Source of the DNA: Nemertoderma westbladi
Taxonomy: Eukaryota > Animalia > Xenacoelomorpha
Direction of reading: 5' to 3'
DNA length: 32,906 nucleotides
Assembly: GCA_032718475.1 (NCBI GenBank)
Contig: JAUCBJ010006430.1
Span: forward strand, 1 to 32,906
The first letter of the stretch is position 1. Every line of letters starts with the position of its first letter. Of the stretch, positions 1 to 11,182 are shown piece after piece. The notes under the pieces were generated by a model. It was not told where the DNA came from, made no database searches, and saw only the letters and a program-made list of their open reading frames with translations. The translations under genes were made by a program, and so were the position numbers.

Positions 1-468
1 AATTTTATTATAATCGTTTTATTTAATTTAGTAGAATATTATTTAGTGATTATTTTGTAGAATAGTGCAATATATTCGTGTTTATTACGTACGTAATTAC
101 TTATATTATATTTAGTGCGACGGCGAAGAAATAATTATTTTTTCTCTTTCCTTACTGTCCGTATTATATTATAAATACGTAACTACAGTAAGATGAAATG
201 TCCGTACTTATTAAAGTACAATAAAGCCACTACTATATTTAAGTATTATTGGTAGGCAGAGTATTAGGAATGCAAAGTTCAGATCCTCGTGTCTCGGCTA
301 AACCAAGCTCTGGGTAGACCTTGGAAACGACTTGCCTCTTCACACTGACATTGCTTCGTGCGATATTGCTCTCATACCGTATATTAAATAATACATATAG
401 TAGCGTGATGTCCCTTTAACAGTAGCGTATAACGCAAAATAAATCTGTTAAACCCTTTGACCATCTGT

Positions 469-760
469 AATTCTAGTCGATTAAGATATCGCGGCACCCA
501 CCGATATACTTGAAAGACAAATTCTAGAATCAGTGGTTAACGTCCCCAGACAAGTTCTGGAATAAATCGGTGCCCATCTCAAATATTAATTAGTTAATAT
601 TTGCAAATCTAATAAATCAAAATCTGTAAAATTCAGATCCTTCAACAATTCTAGTCAATTAAGATATCGTAGCATTTACCGATATTCTTAAAGAAGACAA
701 TTGTCATAGAATTAAGGATCTTGTGTCCCTAGACATGTTCTAGAATCAAAATATGTCCAT
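469..760. repeat. Diverged tandem duplication, period ~178 bp
   Basis: AATTCTAGTC(G/A)ATTAAGATATCG..CCGATAT..AGACAA..GTCCC(C/T)AGACA..TTCT(G/A)GAAT occurs starting at 469 and again at 647. It resembles the internal subrepeats of non-autonomous DNA elements. Confidence 0.6.
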
Positions 761-3700
761 TTAATTATCAAATAATAAAATTTCAGGGAATAAATTTAAA
801 TTCATGCCTTTTAATGAATTTAATAAATTGCCATTTTACGCAATTTATAAAGTTCCCAAAATTCCATTAATTAATAGATCAAGGGAGCGGAGATTTATCT
901 TATCATGCGTATGAGAGTGTGAAAGTCTCCCAAACATAGTCAATAGCCGATAAAATTCATAAAGTCATGTATAAAACAGAACATTGACTATTAAAGAATA
1001 CTATTAAATAACATCCCAGATCTGTATGCATTGGAATTACTCTAATTCTACCGCTAGCTTTGCATAATGTCACCATAGCAACAACCACGCTAGAATTAGA
1101 ATTGAGTTAAAAGAACAATAGAAAGCTTGTCCCATTGAATAGCATAGGGAATAAATAGCGCACTACTAGTATCCAAGGATACATAATAATACAGTGACAT
1201 TCTGGAAGGTATTGACTAACGGACAAATGGCCCGAATGTGTGTAATTTGTGACAAGTTGTGTGTGTGGTATTTGTGAGTTTATAGGTGAATGTTACTGCT
1301 AAGGTGTGTTTACAGTAGCCAGTCGCAATCGTAAAGTAACCTAACTCTCCAAGGAATACCTGAAGTACATCTAAGCCTTTGGGACGGACAGTCGAGTGAC
1401 TTGTGCCAGTTGTCGTTGTCGTTGTGCGGCTACGTCGTTGGCGAAAGTACGGCGGCGACGACACATCGGCGCTGAGGATCTCGTCCTGTCCGGGGGTTGA
1501 TTGGGGTAGGCAGCGACGCCCGCTCGCCTAAATATAAACTCCTTATAATGTGGATAAACTCATATATAGCAGAAATGACGGAGTTGATAGAAGATGGTCT
1601 TGGTATCGGGGAGCGATATACTCTACTTTTACAAGCCGTAATGGTACGTATATGGGCTTCTTAACTACTGGTCATTCTATCAATTTACACAATACGGACT
1701 ATGTCGACTATATATCCTGCCCAGCGGAGTCGGAACCATAAACTGAAATTCGAATGCGAAAATTCTATTCGAAATCGGCTCGAAAGAAAAGACATTAAAG
1801 AAACAAATAAACGCGGTAACTCCAACATATATTGGGAATTCTTGATAGAAGCATTGTAACAACAAATAAATATCATCCGCGTTACCCCTACCAGACGTGC
1901 GTCTTTGGTATTATTACGATAAATGCCCTAGATCCAGCCAATAAACGGAAAGACATAAACATCCACGGAAACGTTGTGTTAAACACAGTTGTGCTCGTTA
2001 TATTTACTGGAGTTTCGAGCGAAACTTGTTTGACGTACCACCTATGCTCACTCGGCTCGAACGATCCTGGAGTAAACCTACGATCAGAGTCCCGGAATAC
2101 TCGATCAAACCTCCTCATTCCTTAGTTGGACCTCAGACCTGCGATCCTGGTGGTGTCGCGGATCCTCGTGGACTGTATTCACTGTTCAAAGATCTAGTGC
2201 TACCCTAACAATTAATCGGTAACACTCCGACAGTGATTTCTAGCTAGCCGCCCATCTTACCTAGCCGGATTGTGATGCGGACACCTAATATCACTATCCT
2301 ACCGTATGGTCGTCCCCGTTTAACGCGATACAACCCTTCATCAAGGTGAAGGAGAGTTTTGTACGAAACGAGTTAAACGTGATTCTATAAAGATCAAAAA
2401 GGAAACCTGCGTTTGTTCAGATAAACGTAAGTTATAACAGTAAGTCCAATCGATAAACGAATTGGCCTTATCTCGGTTCGATTGGGAAATCTCGAATCTC
2501 TAAGAAGATATCAAGCTTAGAAAACCCTATTCTCTGCGAGAGTTTTGGACGAACATATCCCATGACAAGCGGAGGAAAATCAGCTCGAGGAGAAGCATAT
2601 CGAAATGGACGAGACACCGACAGTAAACCCAAACCTTCTAATGCAATCATATTGCACCCTTCACCCAGGAGTTATGGCCCTCCTAGTAAAGTGGTTCCCC
2701 CCAAAGAGAAAAGGACTCTTGCTAGCTTTAAAAAACTGCGTAAACGCCGTCCGCGCAAGAAAGACTAACTGTTTAGAGTATCTTTAGGTTTTAGAAACTG
2801 TGATTTTTATATTTTATAGACTGAAAATCCCATTTTCTGGGAGCGGTGTAAAAGCCTTTGCTGAATTGCCCCGTTATTTTTATTATCTTTTACATTAAAA
2901 TACTCTGTAGTTGATTTAATAAGTGTAAGAGACCGTATTATTGCTGTATCGGTGTTTTTAGAGGATCTAAGACCTATTTCCTCCGTATGTGTACTGTGAA
3001 AGGCATATTTTATGATTCTATGGCAATTCGTGACGCAAAGGGGTGATAGCTACTCTTGAACAGTAGTTACTATGACTACGGTTAACAGCTGACATTCATA
3101 CGTGTTGATTTCCTTTGTTCTACGGCGTCTCTCAGTTCAGTCAGCCAATTAGAGCGTTTTTGTGGCTCCTTGTACAGAAAATTTCCGAGAAATGACGCAA
3201 TGCCTATGTGCAGTGTTTACATTCAGTCCTGAGCCAAAGAAAGAACGGCTTGGAAGTATTTTGTGCTTTACTGTTTTTAGTCTTACACTAGTAGGTTTAA
3301 TTATAAAGGGCATATATCCTTTAACTACCTGACTCATGGAATCACTGCTGACTGATCATACATACTGACTGCTGAAACATTGCAAACTCATAACAATCAG
3401 TGTTTTCATTGTTGTTTTATACTGCTATTTACTGTCAGTTCTTCATAATATGGTTGATGAATTATTATATTTGGAATAACGATAAATAACCCCGAAACCC
3501 AATATTCTTGATATACCGAAGGTAAGAGAGAAGGGTTACAGATAAACGATTGTGACTTATGTTAAAGTGGTTTGAAGTGAATCTAATGTTATTTGATAGA
3601 CCCTACATGATTCAGTCTGTGTTCCTTTTATATGTGACTAAAATCAGTGAAGATTGGCAGATTAGTGTGCAGTATTGTGCAGCATTGTGTATGAGTGAGT

Positions 3701-3918
3701 CTGTTAAAGAAGCAATTCCTAAAGAATGCGCCATATATGTGAATTATAATTAAGCCATATCGTTGTGAGTAGTTTAAGTCATAACTCTGTTTATATAGAT
3801 AAAGCGCCACGTCCTAAAGGAACTGTTAATATTCCCGAAGGTGAATAATATTGTCAGAGATTATATAATACTGTCAGTCGAATAATACATTAGGCTTACA
3901 TAGCAATAAAATTAAACC

Positions 3919-3983
3919 GTCGAACCCAATCTCCCGGGAATCTCCAGCGGGTGAATGGTCGCGCACGGATTGGTTTCGACTAG
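3919..3983 (+). other. Stem-loop ending in CTAG; possible Helitron-type 3' terminus
   Basis: GTCGAACCCAATC (3919-3931) pairs with GATTGGTTTCGAC (3968-3980) with 1 mismatch, and is followed by CTAG|T at 3980-3984. No 5' end identified. Confidence 0.3.
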
Positions 3984-4085
3984 TGTAGTGAATCAAATAC
4001 TTGTCATAGACTAAAAACTGATTTAATATCTAGAAGACATCTTAATTTGGTGGGTTAAACTGCCAAAGGTCTGAAAGCGCGAACA

Positions 4086-4325
4086 GTTTTCTATGGAGGG
4101 TGATTTTAGATCCATTAAAATACACATTTAATCTCAATCATTTCATGCGTGGCTTGAAAGCGGACGAGTATTGCGCGTCTTTTGACACTACAATTAATTA
4201 AATTTATGGTGGAGAACATTGATTAAATGAATCAATTCATAATTATAAACTCGCAGATTGCCTGACCGGTATGCAAGAACTCAACCACTTAGCCCACGTA
4301 TTCACACCACGTATTGCATTGCAGC
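4086..4325 (-). mobile_element. Probable tRNA-derived SINE, copy 1
   Basis: 4086-4296 is a near-identical reverse complement of 4789-5007, with weaker similarity extending to ~4325. The head has an A-box-like GGGCTAAGTGGTTGAG. Confidence 0.55.
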
Positions 4326-4646
4326 ATCGGAGTTTAGGCCTATTGTTGTATTTTGCTTAAGTTCATTAAGTTGAGTGCTTATAATTAAATTATTTATTTT
4401 TTACTGTTTAATTATAGAGATAAGATAGATAGATAAGATAAGTTTATTTTCCACAAAATAAATTCACAAACAATAATAAGTTAACACCAGGTTAACTATA
4501 AGCTACCATAAGTTAACTATCATAATAGATTTAAATTGAATGCTTAATTGTAGTACCGGTACAGAATGTCGTATGCTTATCATGTATGGTTTAATGTTTA
4601 TAGTATGTATATTTCTTTTTACATGTTTTGTACAGGAATTAAAACG

Positions 4647-4674
4647 AATCAATCAATCAATCAAGCAATCAATC
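4647..4674 (+). repeat. (AATC)n microsatellite, likely a LINE 3' tail
   Basis: AATC x7 (one unit is AAGC), preceded by a T-rich UTR-like stretch and AATTAAA. Confidence 0.55.
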
Positions 4675-4744
4675 GAGTTAAACTACCGCTGTACCGCTCT
4701 TACTCAACCGGTGACCGGTACTCATTTCAACTTATGAACTTATA

Positions 4745-5046
4745 GCTGCAATACAGCAATACTACAATGCATAATCCAATAGGTGGATTGGGCTAAGTGG
4801 TTGAGTGCTTGCATACCAGTCAGCAATCTGTGAGTTTATAATTGTGAATTGATTCATTTAATCAATGTTAATCACCATGAATTTAATTAATTGTAGTGTC
4901 AAAAGACGCGCAAGACTCTCTGCTTTCAATTTATATAAGCCACGTGTCAAATGATTGAGATTAAATGTGTATTTCAATGGATCTAAAATCACCATCCATG
5001 GAAAACAATATAAGAAATTATTGGAGCACTGCGTAGTGACGTCAAA
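4745..5046 (+). mobile_element. Probable tRNA-derived SINE, copy 2 (most complete)
   Basis: TGGGCTAAGTGGTTGAG (4789) is A-box-like and a degenerate B-box-like GAGTTTATAAT follows. The body is shared with copies 1 and 3; the tail ...GCGTAGTGACGTCAAA is shared with copy 3. Confidence 0.55.
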
Positions 5047-5380
5047 TATGTAGCAGTCAATCCTGCAATGACTAACAGCCGATTTTCATAATCCCGCGCT
5101 TACTTAAACCCCCCATATCGACCGTTTCCTTGTGTTTTTACAAAAAAACACACCCCGTCACTCGATTCAGGGTACCTTGTTACCCCTTATTCATTTGCTT
5201 CTAGCCCAACAATTTTTTCGCGCACCAACCCTATTAGAAACTTGTTCATTTGCCTATTAGTTTTGACGCATAAAATTGATAACGTAATAAATAATATGAA
5301 AGCTGAAACAATATATTTATAAAAAAAAACACAAAGCAGATGTACCTAAATAAAAACTCTATTAGAATGAGTCTGATTGT

Positions 5381-5638
5381 TACAGTGGCTGATCTTAGCC
5401 AATTAATTATTTTTTTTTACTTTTTTTCAGAAGTTCTAATTAAACGTCATAATTTATGGTCAACCATAAATTAATTTATGGTCGACCAAAAATTAATTTA
5501 TGGTCGACCAAAAATTAATTTATGGTCCACCAAAAATTAATTTATGGTCCACCAAAAATTAATTTTTGGTCGACCTTAAATTATGACGTCATGGAGAACT
5601 TCTGAAAAAAAATTAATTGGCAAAGATCAGCCACCGTA
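5381..5638. mobile_element. IS3EU-type MITE (TAY...RTA termini, 6-bp TSD)
   Basis: The left end TACAGTGGCTGATCTTAGCCAATTAAT matches the reverse complement of the right end (TACGGTGGCTGATCTTTGCCAATTAAT). The direct repeat GATTGT flanks it at 5375-5380 and 5639-5644. Confidence 0.8.
5451..5582. repeat. Six tandem 22-bp palindromic units inside the MITE
   Basis: Units approximate the self-complementary AATTTATGGTCGACCATAAATT; no spacers. Confidence 0.95.
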
Positions 5639-5860
5639 GATTGTGGGTGCAGACCGATTATTATAATTCTGTGTTCAATATTAACCTCCCATTATCCCAG
5701 GGTAACTAATTTGAGCTAGTTACTCCAAGGTCTCTGTAACTCTGGTGGTAAAGCGCCAATTTTCAAAATTTGGACGTATTGTAAAACGTTTGGATGATAG
5801 AAATAAAATGAAATATTGAGAGTCTTTAGCTCGTATATTATATTAATTAAAGATAAAATT

Positions 5861-5896
5861 AGTAAACGTTTTCGACCTACCGGTCTGCATCAGACC
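5861..5896 (-). ncRNA. Degenerate minimal hammerhead-ribozyme-like motif (PLE/retrozyme type)
   Basis: Minus strand: GGT CTGATGCA GACC-GGTA-GGTC GAA AACGTT T ACT. It has a CUGAUG core, a 4-bp stem II, GAAA and a palindromic stem III, but A9 appears replaced by C. Confidence 0.5.
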
Positions 5897-6005
5897 GGTA
5901 ACCGGTCTGTAACTAGCAACTAACAGGAAGAGTAGAGGGTCTATATATGTAAATATAGGCCTACGTTTTAAAGGGGATTACCTGGTACAGTTACGGGCTA
6001 CAGTT

Positions 6006-6226
6006 TTGGACGTCACTACGCAGTGCTCCGATAATTTCTTTGTTTTCTATGGAGGGTGATTTTAGATCCATTAAAATACACATTTAATCTCAATCATTTC
6101 ATGCATGGCTTATATAAATTGAAAGCAGAGAGTCTCGCGCGTCTTTTGACACCACAATTAATTAAATTTATAGTGGAGAACATTGATTAAATGAATCAAT
6201 TCACAATTATAAACTCGCAGATTGCC
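6006..6226 (-). mobile_element. Probable SINE, copy 3 (head truncated)
   Basis: Near-identical reverse complement of ~4823-5046; it abuts the CR1 fragment at 6227. Confidence 0.6.
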
Positions 6227-6666
6227 AATTTAAGTTATTTTGATTTTAAAAATGGAGATTTTTCTGGATTCACTACATATTTGAATAATGTAAATTGGTA
6301 TGAACAATTCGACTTATGTGTTTCTGCATACGATTTATGGAATACTTTTTCTATGGTACTAAACCTCGGTATTGAACAGTATATACCCTTTAAAACTCTT
6401 AACCAATAAAAGAAAACCCACCCAGTACACATTAAACAGCTGCAAAAGAAAAAAAGTTGCTTTGGCGGCATAGGCAAACCACAGGTATATATGGTGGAAT
6501 ACAACTGTCCTAGGCAATCTTTAGATCGACGTGTGGGAGAAAAAACCACATAATATCTTCTTGCAATCCGGATGCCATATTTAAATTTGTAAATTCGAAA
6601 AGAAACAACAAAACCGGTATCGCGCTCCTTAAATACTATGGCTCAATTCTAGTGGATGGTGCAACC
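6227..6666 (+). pseudogene. CR1-group LINE ORF2 fragment (APE-RT linker), left part
   Basis: Translates to FDFKNGDF...LNNVNWYEQF...DLWNTF..VLNLGIEQYIPFK, then with stops/frameshifts NPDAIFKFVNSKRNNKTGIALLK..GSILVDG, typical of the CR1/L2 linker. Confidence 0.75.
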
Positions 6667-7400
6667 GTGTCGTCGCGTTTCGGCAACAGTCGCGTTTTGG
6701 TAAAAGGTTGCGTTTCGGTAAAATTATTTCTTTATTGCAGGAGAATACACTATACTATCAACAATACAAGTGAAATGAAAAGTGAAACAAGCAGGACATT
6801 ATAAATATATAACACTATAGCACTATCGTTCATTAGTTGTAATGCTAATAAAAGTTTAACTTCCCTGCCCTGGAATAGTGTTGTAAAGGATACTCTGTAC
6901 GTCGTCGTGTTAACCATGAATTTTGGTGAGGCCCAGGAAGTCCTAAGTAAGAGGCTTTCTGGGCAGGTTCGTACAATTAAAGAGGGTGATGTAAATATTG
7001 TGTAGAGATGGGGACTTCTTTCCAAAATAATGTTAGAATTATCCTAAAATATAGAGACACAAAGTAAATTACTGAGTACTTGAACACTGGAAATCACTTG
7101 GAACGTTGTAGGTTATCCTGAGAGGCATTTAATAATGACATTATCGCAGTGTTGTTTAGACTTTCTATTTAACTACTGTCGGCTCATTCCATGCAAATGT
7201 CAACTGCAGTGTTGTAATCTGTCTAGAAAGGTTAATTTAATTACATTTCGGTTAATTAAATTACGAAAAACTAAATTGATCAATCAAATAAGAATAAATA
7301 AAATATAAAAAATATTTGCCCCATTCCGCAAGCTGAAACGTGTCAGATATGATAGAACACATCCTGTGTCATTGTGGGGTCCGTAGTCGGTTATCCATAA

Positions 7401-7512
7401 TAATAATAAACAGTTATTCATAATAGTAATAATAAACAGTTATTCATAATAGTAATAATAAACAGTTATTCATAATAGTAATAATAAACAGTTATTCATG
7501 ATAAACAGTTAT
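7401..7512. repeat. 26-bp minisatellite, ~4 copies
   Basis: TAATAATAAACAGTTATTCATAATAG starts at 7401, 7427, 7453 and 7479 (last copy partial). Confidence 0.9.
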
Positions 7513-7789
7513 CCAGTCTGCCGCTAGAGGGCGAAATGTATGTAAGTGATAACCTTCGCCATTTCCTTGATTTTAATCTGTTTAAACTGAATCTTGGAAT
7601 ATATTTAAGGGGCAACTCGCAACCAAATCGCCCTTGACGATTTGGTATTGCGAAATTAATTACATACAAATAAATAAAATAGTACTAGTACTGTACCACC
7701 TACCTTGCATAATTTACATCAAGAAAGACCAGTACAATTTTAATTATTGAATTCAACCCAGTTCTAACATCTAGGAATTTATCTTTATC

Positions 7790-7960
7790 TTTTGCCGAAT
7801 CGCAACTTTTTGCCGAAACGCAACTTTTTTGCCGAATCGCGACTTTTATTTGCCGAATCGCATCTATTTTGCAAAATCGCGACTGTTTTTTGCCAAATCG
7901 CATCTTTTTTGGCGAAACGCGACTGTTGCCGAAACGCGACAGTTGCTGAAACGCGATGTA
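7790..7960. repeat. Subterminal array of ~9 units of 17-21 bp (TTGCCGAA[A/T]CGC[A/G]AC)
   Basis: Directly visible tandem array; about 3 inverted copies lie at 6672-6722. Confidence 0.9.
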
Positions 7961-7971
7961 TCCACGCAACC

Positions 7972-8285
7972 AAAGTTAAAATTATTTCTATTGTGCTATC
8001 CGAAAATTTTTGTGTGCTGACAATGAAACTGTGCCTAACTTTGAAACTAGATTTCCTCTGGGTACAAGTATAAGGTTCACACCATCCAAAGTTCTAAAAG
8101 TGCTGAGAAATAAATCTCAGCGCTAAAAAAAGCTCCACACCAGATGGATTCCCAAATATATTATTTCCAAAACTGGCACAGTCCATTGCATTACCGCTGT
8201 CGCAAATGTATGAGATTTTTCGTTTAGTAGTATTGCGCTACCTACTATTTTGTTAAGTGCAATTATAGTACCTATCTCGCCTTGT
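7972..8285 (+). pseudogene. CR1-group LINE ORF2 fragment, right part (start of RT)
   Basis: FTPSKVLKVL..LSAKKSSTPDGFPNILFPKLAQSIALPLSQMY...SAIIVPI corresponds to the PDG motif and RT domain 0/1; it is frameshifted. Confidence 0.75.
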
Positions 8286-9565
8286 AAATAGAAAAGGCGG
8301 TTATTTTTTGATTCTCAAAGGAGTGTTATAACGAATGTGTAATGAACGATATGTGAATGTACTCACTATAAAGCGAATAAAATGTGGTGAAGTGTGCAGT
8401 ATACAGTAGTCGTAGTAGTATGCAACCCATATTAATAATAATAACTCTCTTAATGCATTCAAAGGGATGAATATCGCTTCAAAACTCATTAATGTAATCT
8501 AGTGCTTACAAGATATGGCCCCATTGGAGCGTGGTGGCGAGATTGTAATAGAGTTGAGTTGTAGACAGATCGATTATGCAACATACTATTACTGGCCCAC
8601 AGTAATTCGAAAATATAATAATTTATTACAATAACATACACATAACATAACAATACATAACATAACATACAATAACTAATTAAAGGAATAATAATTTAAT
8701 CGACCTATCTATGGAATAGATAAGCCTTGTGAATATGTGAAATTGGCCTACAGAATCGGAAAAGCCAGAAAGGTGTTGCTTCACCAGCTTTTGACAGGTT
8801 GGCCGCAACTTTAGCTAGTAAAAATAAATCGTAATGTTTCTCAGTTGATCATCTCAATCTCATTACTGGCTACTATTGTTCAGCTTTTCCATGGTATAAT
8901 TATTTTATTGTGAATTTCCGCGATTCAGCCGCCTTTAGAACTTGACCAGCTCATGAGTTCTACTTCATCCCATGCCCAGGTCACAATCTGTCTGGTCTAG
9001 ATCCCACACCAACAACGGTCATCATATTTTGAAGTATTTTGCTGCTCCACAGTTACACCACGCCCAACAGCATCCAAAACAAGCGCATTCAGCAACACAA
9101 AGCAATACCATGTTTAAGAGGAAATTTTATATGAGAGAAAGATTTTGGACATTGCTGATGAACCTGTGGGTCGTCTCAATATGAGCATCTAACAGTTTGT
9201 GTTTGTGTTGTGGACAAACTTGTGGAAAAGTGGATCTATGCGGTAAATCATCGAAGTTCTCAACCTTTATCCTAAATTTATATTATTTATTGATTTGGTT
9301 CCTTTCAATCTGCCTTTGTAACCAACCTACAAGTACGTGTAGGCGTATGTAGGCATAGCTTTTACCCCCAGAATGTTTACTGATTCCGAGATAAAATTGT
9401 TGGGGGTAGCTAAGTAAAAGCTCTTTCCCTAAGTTAATGTCTTCATTTCGCACTGTAACTATATATTATTCCTATATATTCCACTTAGAAAGTAATTGTA
9501 TATTATTTGTAATGCTCCACTACTGTATATGAACTGTGATGGCCTACCGGACTGGTACACATTAA

Positions 9566-11178
9566 CCCTCTTCATACCCAATGGGTGGTTATTGGTCACT
9601 CGACTTTAAGTACTTTAAAGCAGTTGTTTGTCCTTGGTTGTATTGTATATCAACCTTCAAAGATTACTTCTTAAAGACGTTAAGAGTTAAAGACGTCGCT
9701 TTGAGTATTCAAGTTATACTGCTCATGGTGGGGCTGAACCAACTTTTTATAAAAGAAAAATGCCTGGCCAAACTGATTTCATTTTTGGGGGCACTTCAAC
9801 GACCTGATTCTAAAAATGATATTTTCAAAATCTTTTGCGGGTATCTTTTTCTAAATAGTATTAAATTAATTAGTAATACTATTTATAATAATATAATCTA
9901 TATCTATATATATAATCTATATATAATCATATATATATCTAAAAAAATGTCCATCCAAATTATTAACATTTAATCACCCTGATTCCGAATCTGTTAATTT
10001 TATAATATTTTGCCTCTGTCTTTTAGAGTAATATTCCAAGATAATAATATTAAATATATTAATATTATATTAGCAGAACTGCCTAATACTCCATTGTAGT
10101 GAATATATCTACTTATCTTACTCCTATTGCACTGTATTGTACAGTATATATTTATTATTTATATATATATAAATTAATAATTTATTACTTGCGTTTTGGA
10201 GGTTTATGGCTGTTCTGAATTCAATGGAATATATAATTATCGAACTAGACATCTCAAACTTGTATTTTTCGGAAGTGGGTTCAAAATTTGGTGCTAGCAT
10301 CAAATCAAATATATCAATTGATTGTGTCACCTTGTTTCTTGTGTTATACGGGCATGTGAGGGTTCTAAATTCAATGGAATGAGTAAAAATTTCATAAGAG
10401 TTTTCAAACTTGTATTTTTCGCCGGTGGGTGAAAATTGTTGTGCCAGCACCAAATTTTGGAAAATAAGTAAATTGATCAGTAGATAGTATCATCTTGTTT
10501 CTTGCGTTATACGGGTTTATGGTGGTCCTGAATCCAATGGAATGAATAAAAACAGCACTGGACATCGCAAACTTGTACTTTTTGGTGATGGGTACGGAAT
10601 TTGGTGATAGCACCATAATTTGCCAAATTACGCCGAAAAACACAAGTAGCAATGATCTGGCATATTAGAAATGTATTCCATTAAAATCAGCGCCCTAGAA
10701 AACCTGAAAATTTGAATTTATAGCATCGTATAAGTGAATTAAAAATTTTGTGTTCTAAATGAAAAGTGCTGGTTACTTGTTTTTTTCAATTTTTTCCTAC
10801 GCAGAGAGGACTAAACAGCCATTTATGGTAATCATATCATTTTTAAATATTTAGCAATGTATTTTGCGCCCCAGAAAACACCTATTGAAAAACAATTTGC
10901 CGAAAAATGTAACTTTCAAATTTTGTGAAAATTCTGCACTACTTGTAATTTTGGTGCTGCAATATATACCACCCCAGTACATTTTTGCGAAATTTTTTTT
11001 TTTGGTCGGATCTACACTAGTGTGATACCTATATACAAACAAAAAATCAGACGTTTTCGTAAAAATTTGTAGATTTTAGAGGGGGGGGGGGGGGGGGGAG
11101 GGGAGGAAGGGGGTCGGGTCAATATGACCCCCTTCCCCGGTATTTGTTCAACATTTTATAGCCCGGGTACTAATAGGG
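9566..11178. mobile_element. piggyBac-type non-autonomous element (TTAA TSD)
   Basis: TTAA|CCCTCTTCATACCC at 9562-9579 and GGGTACTAATAGGG|TTAA at 11165-11182 form imperfect TIRs. A poly-G tract lies at ~11080-11113. No coding capacity recognised. Confidence 0.7.
10188..10611. repeat. Three diverged ~150-163-bp internal subrepeats
   Basis: CTTG(C/T)GTT...AAT(T/C)CAATGGAAT...CAAACTTGTA(T/C)TTTT...GTG..AGCA starts at 10188, 10338 and 10501. Confidence 0.8.
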
Positions 11179-11182
11179 TTAA

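Larger units (their letters stand above)
6667..7965. mobile_element. Non-autonomous TIR DNA transposon inserted into the CR1 fragment
   Basis: The left end GTG..TCGCGTTTCGGCAACAGTCGCGTTT is inverted relative to the right end (..GAAACGCGACTGTTGCCGAAACGCGA..CAC). GCAACC is duplicated at 6661-6666 and 7966-7971. Removing the insert restores the frame ...VDGATKVKII. Confidence 0.75.

Noticed and set aside
4789-4850. tRNA gene
   Set aside because: Only an A-box-like segment is present, with no cloverleaf or intact T-loop; it is part of a dispersed repeat.
5451-5582. CRISPR-like palindromic repeat array
   Set aside because: The units are contiguous with no unique spacers, lie inside a MITE, and there are no cas genes; the context is eukaryotic.
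7700-8073. Four overlapping short ORFs
   Set aside because: They are translations of the subterminal tandem repeat; only the part after 7971 is LINE-derived.
9581-10652. ORFs 9581-9973, 10124-10453 and 10404-10652 as a transposase
   Set aside because: No DDD/E motifs; they run through AT-rich and repeated internal MITE sequence.
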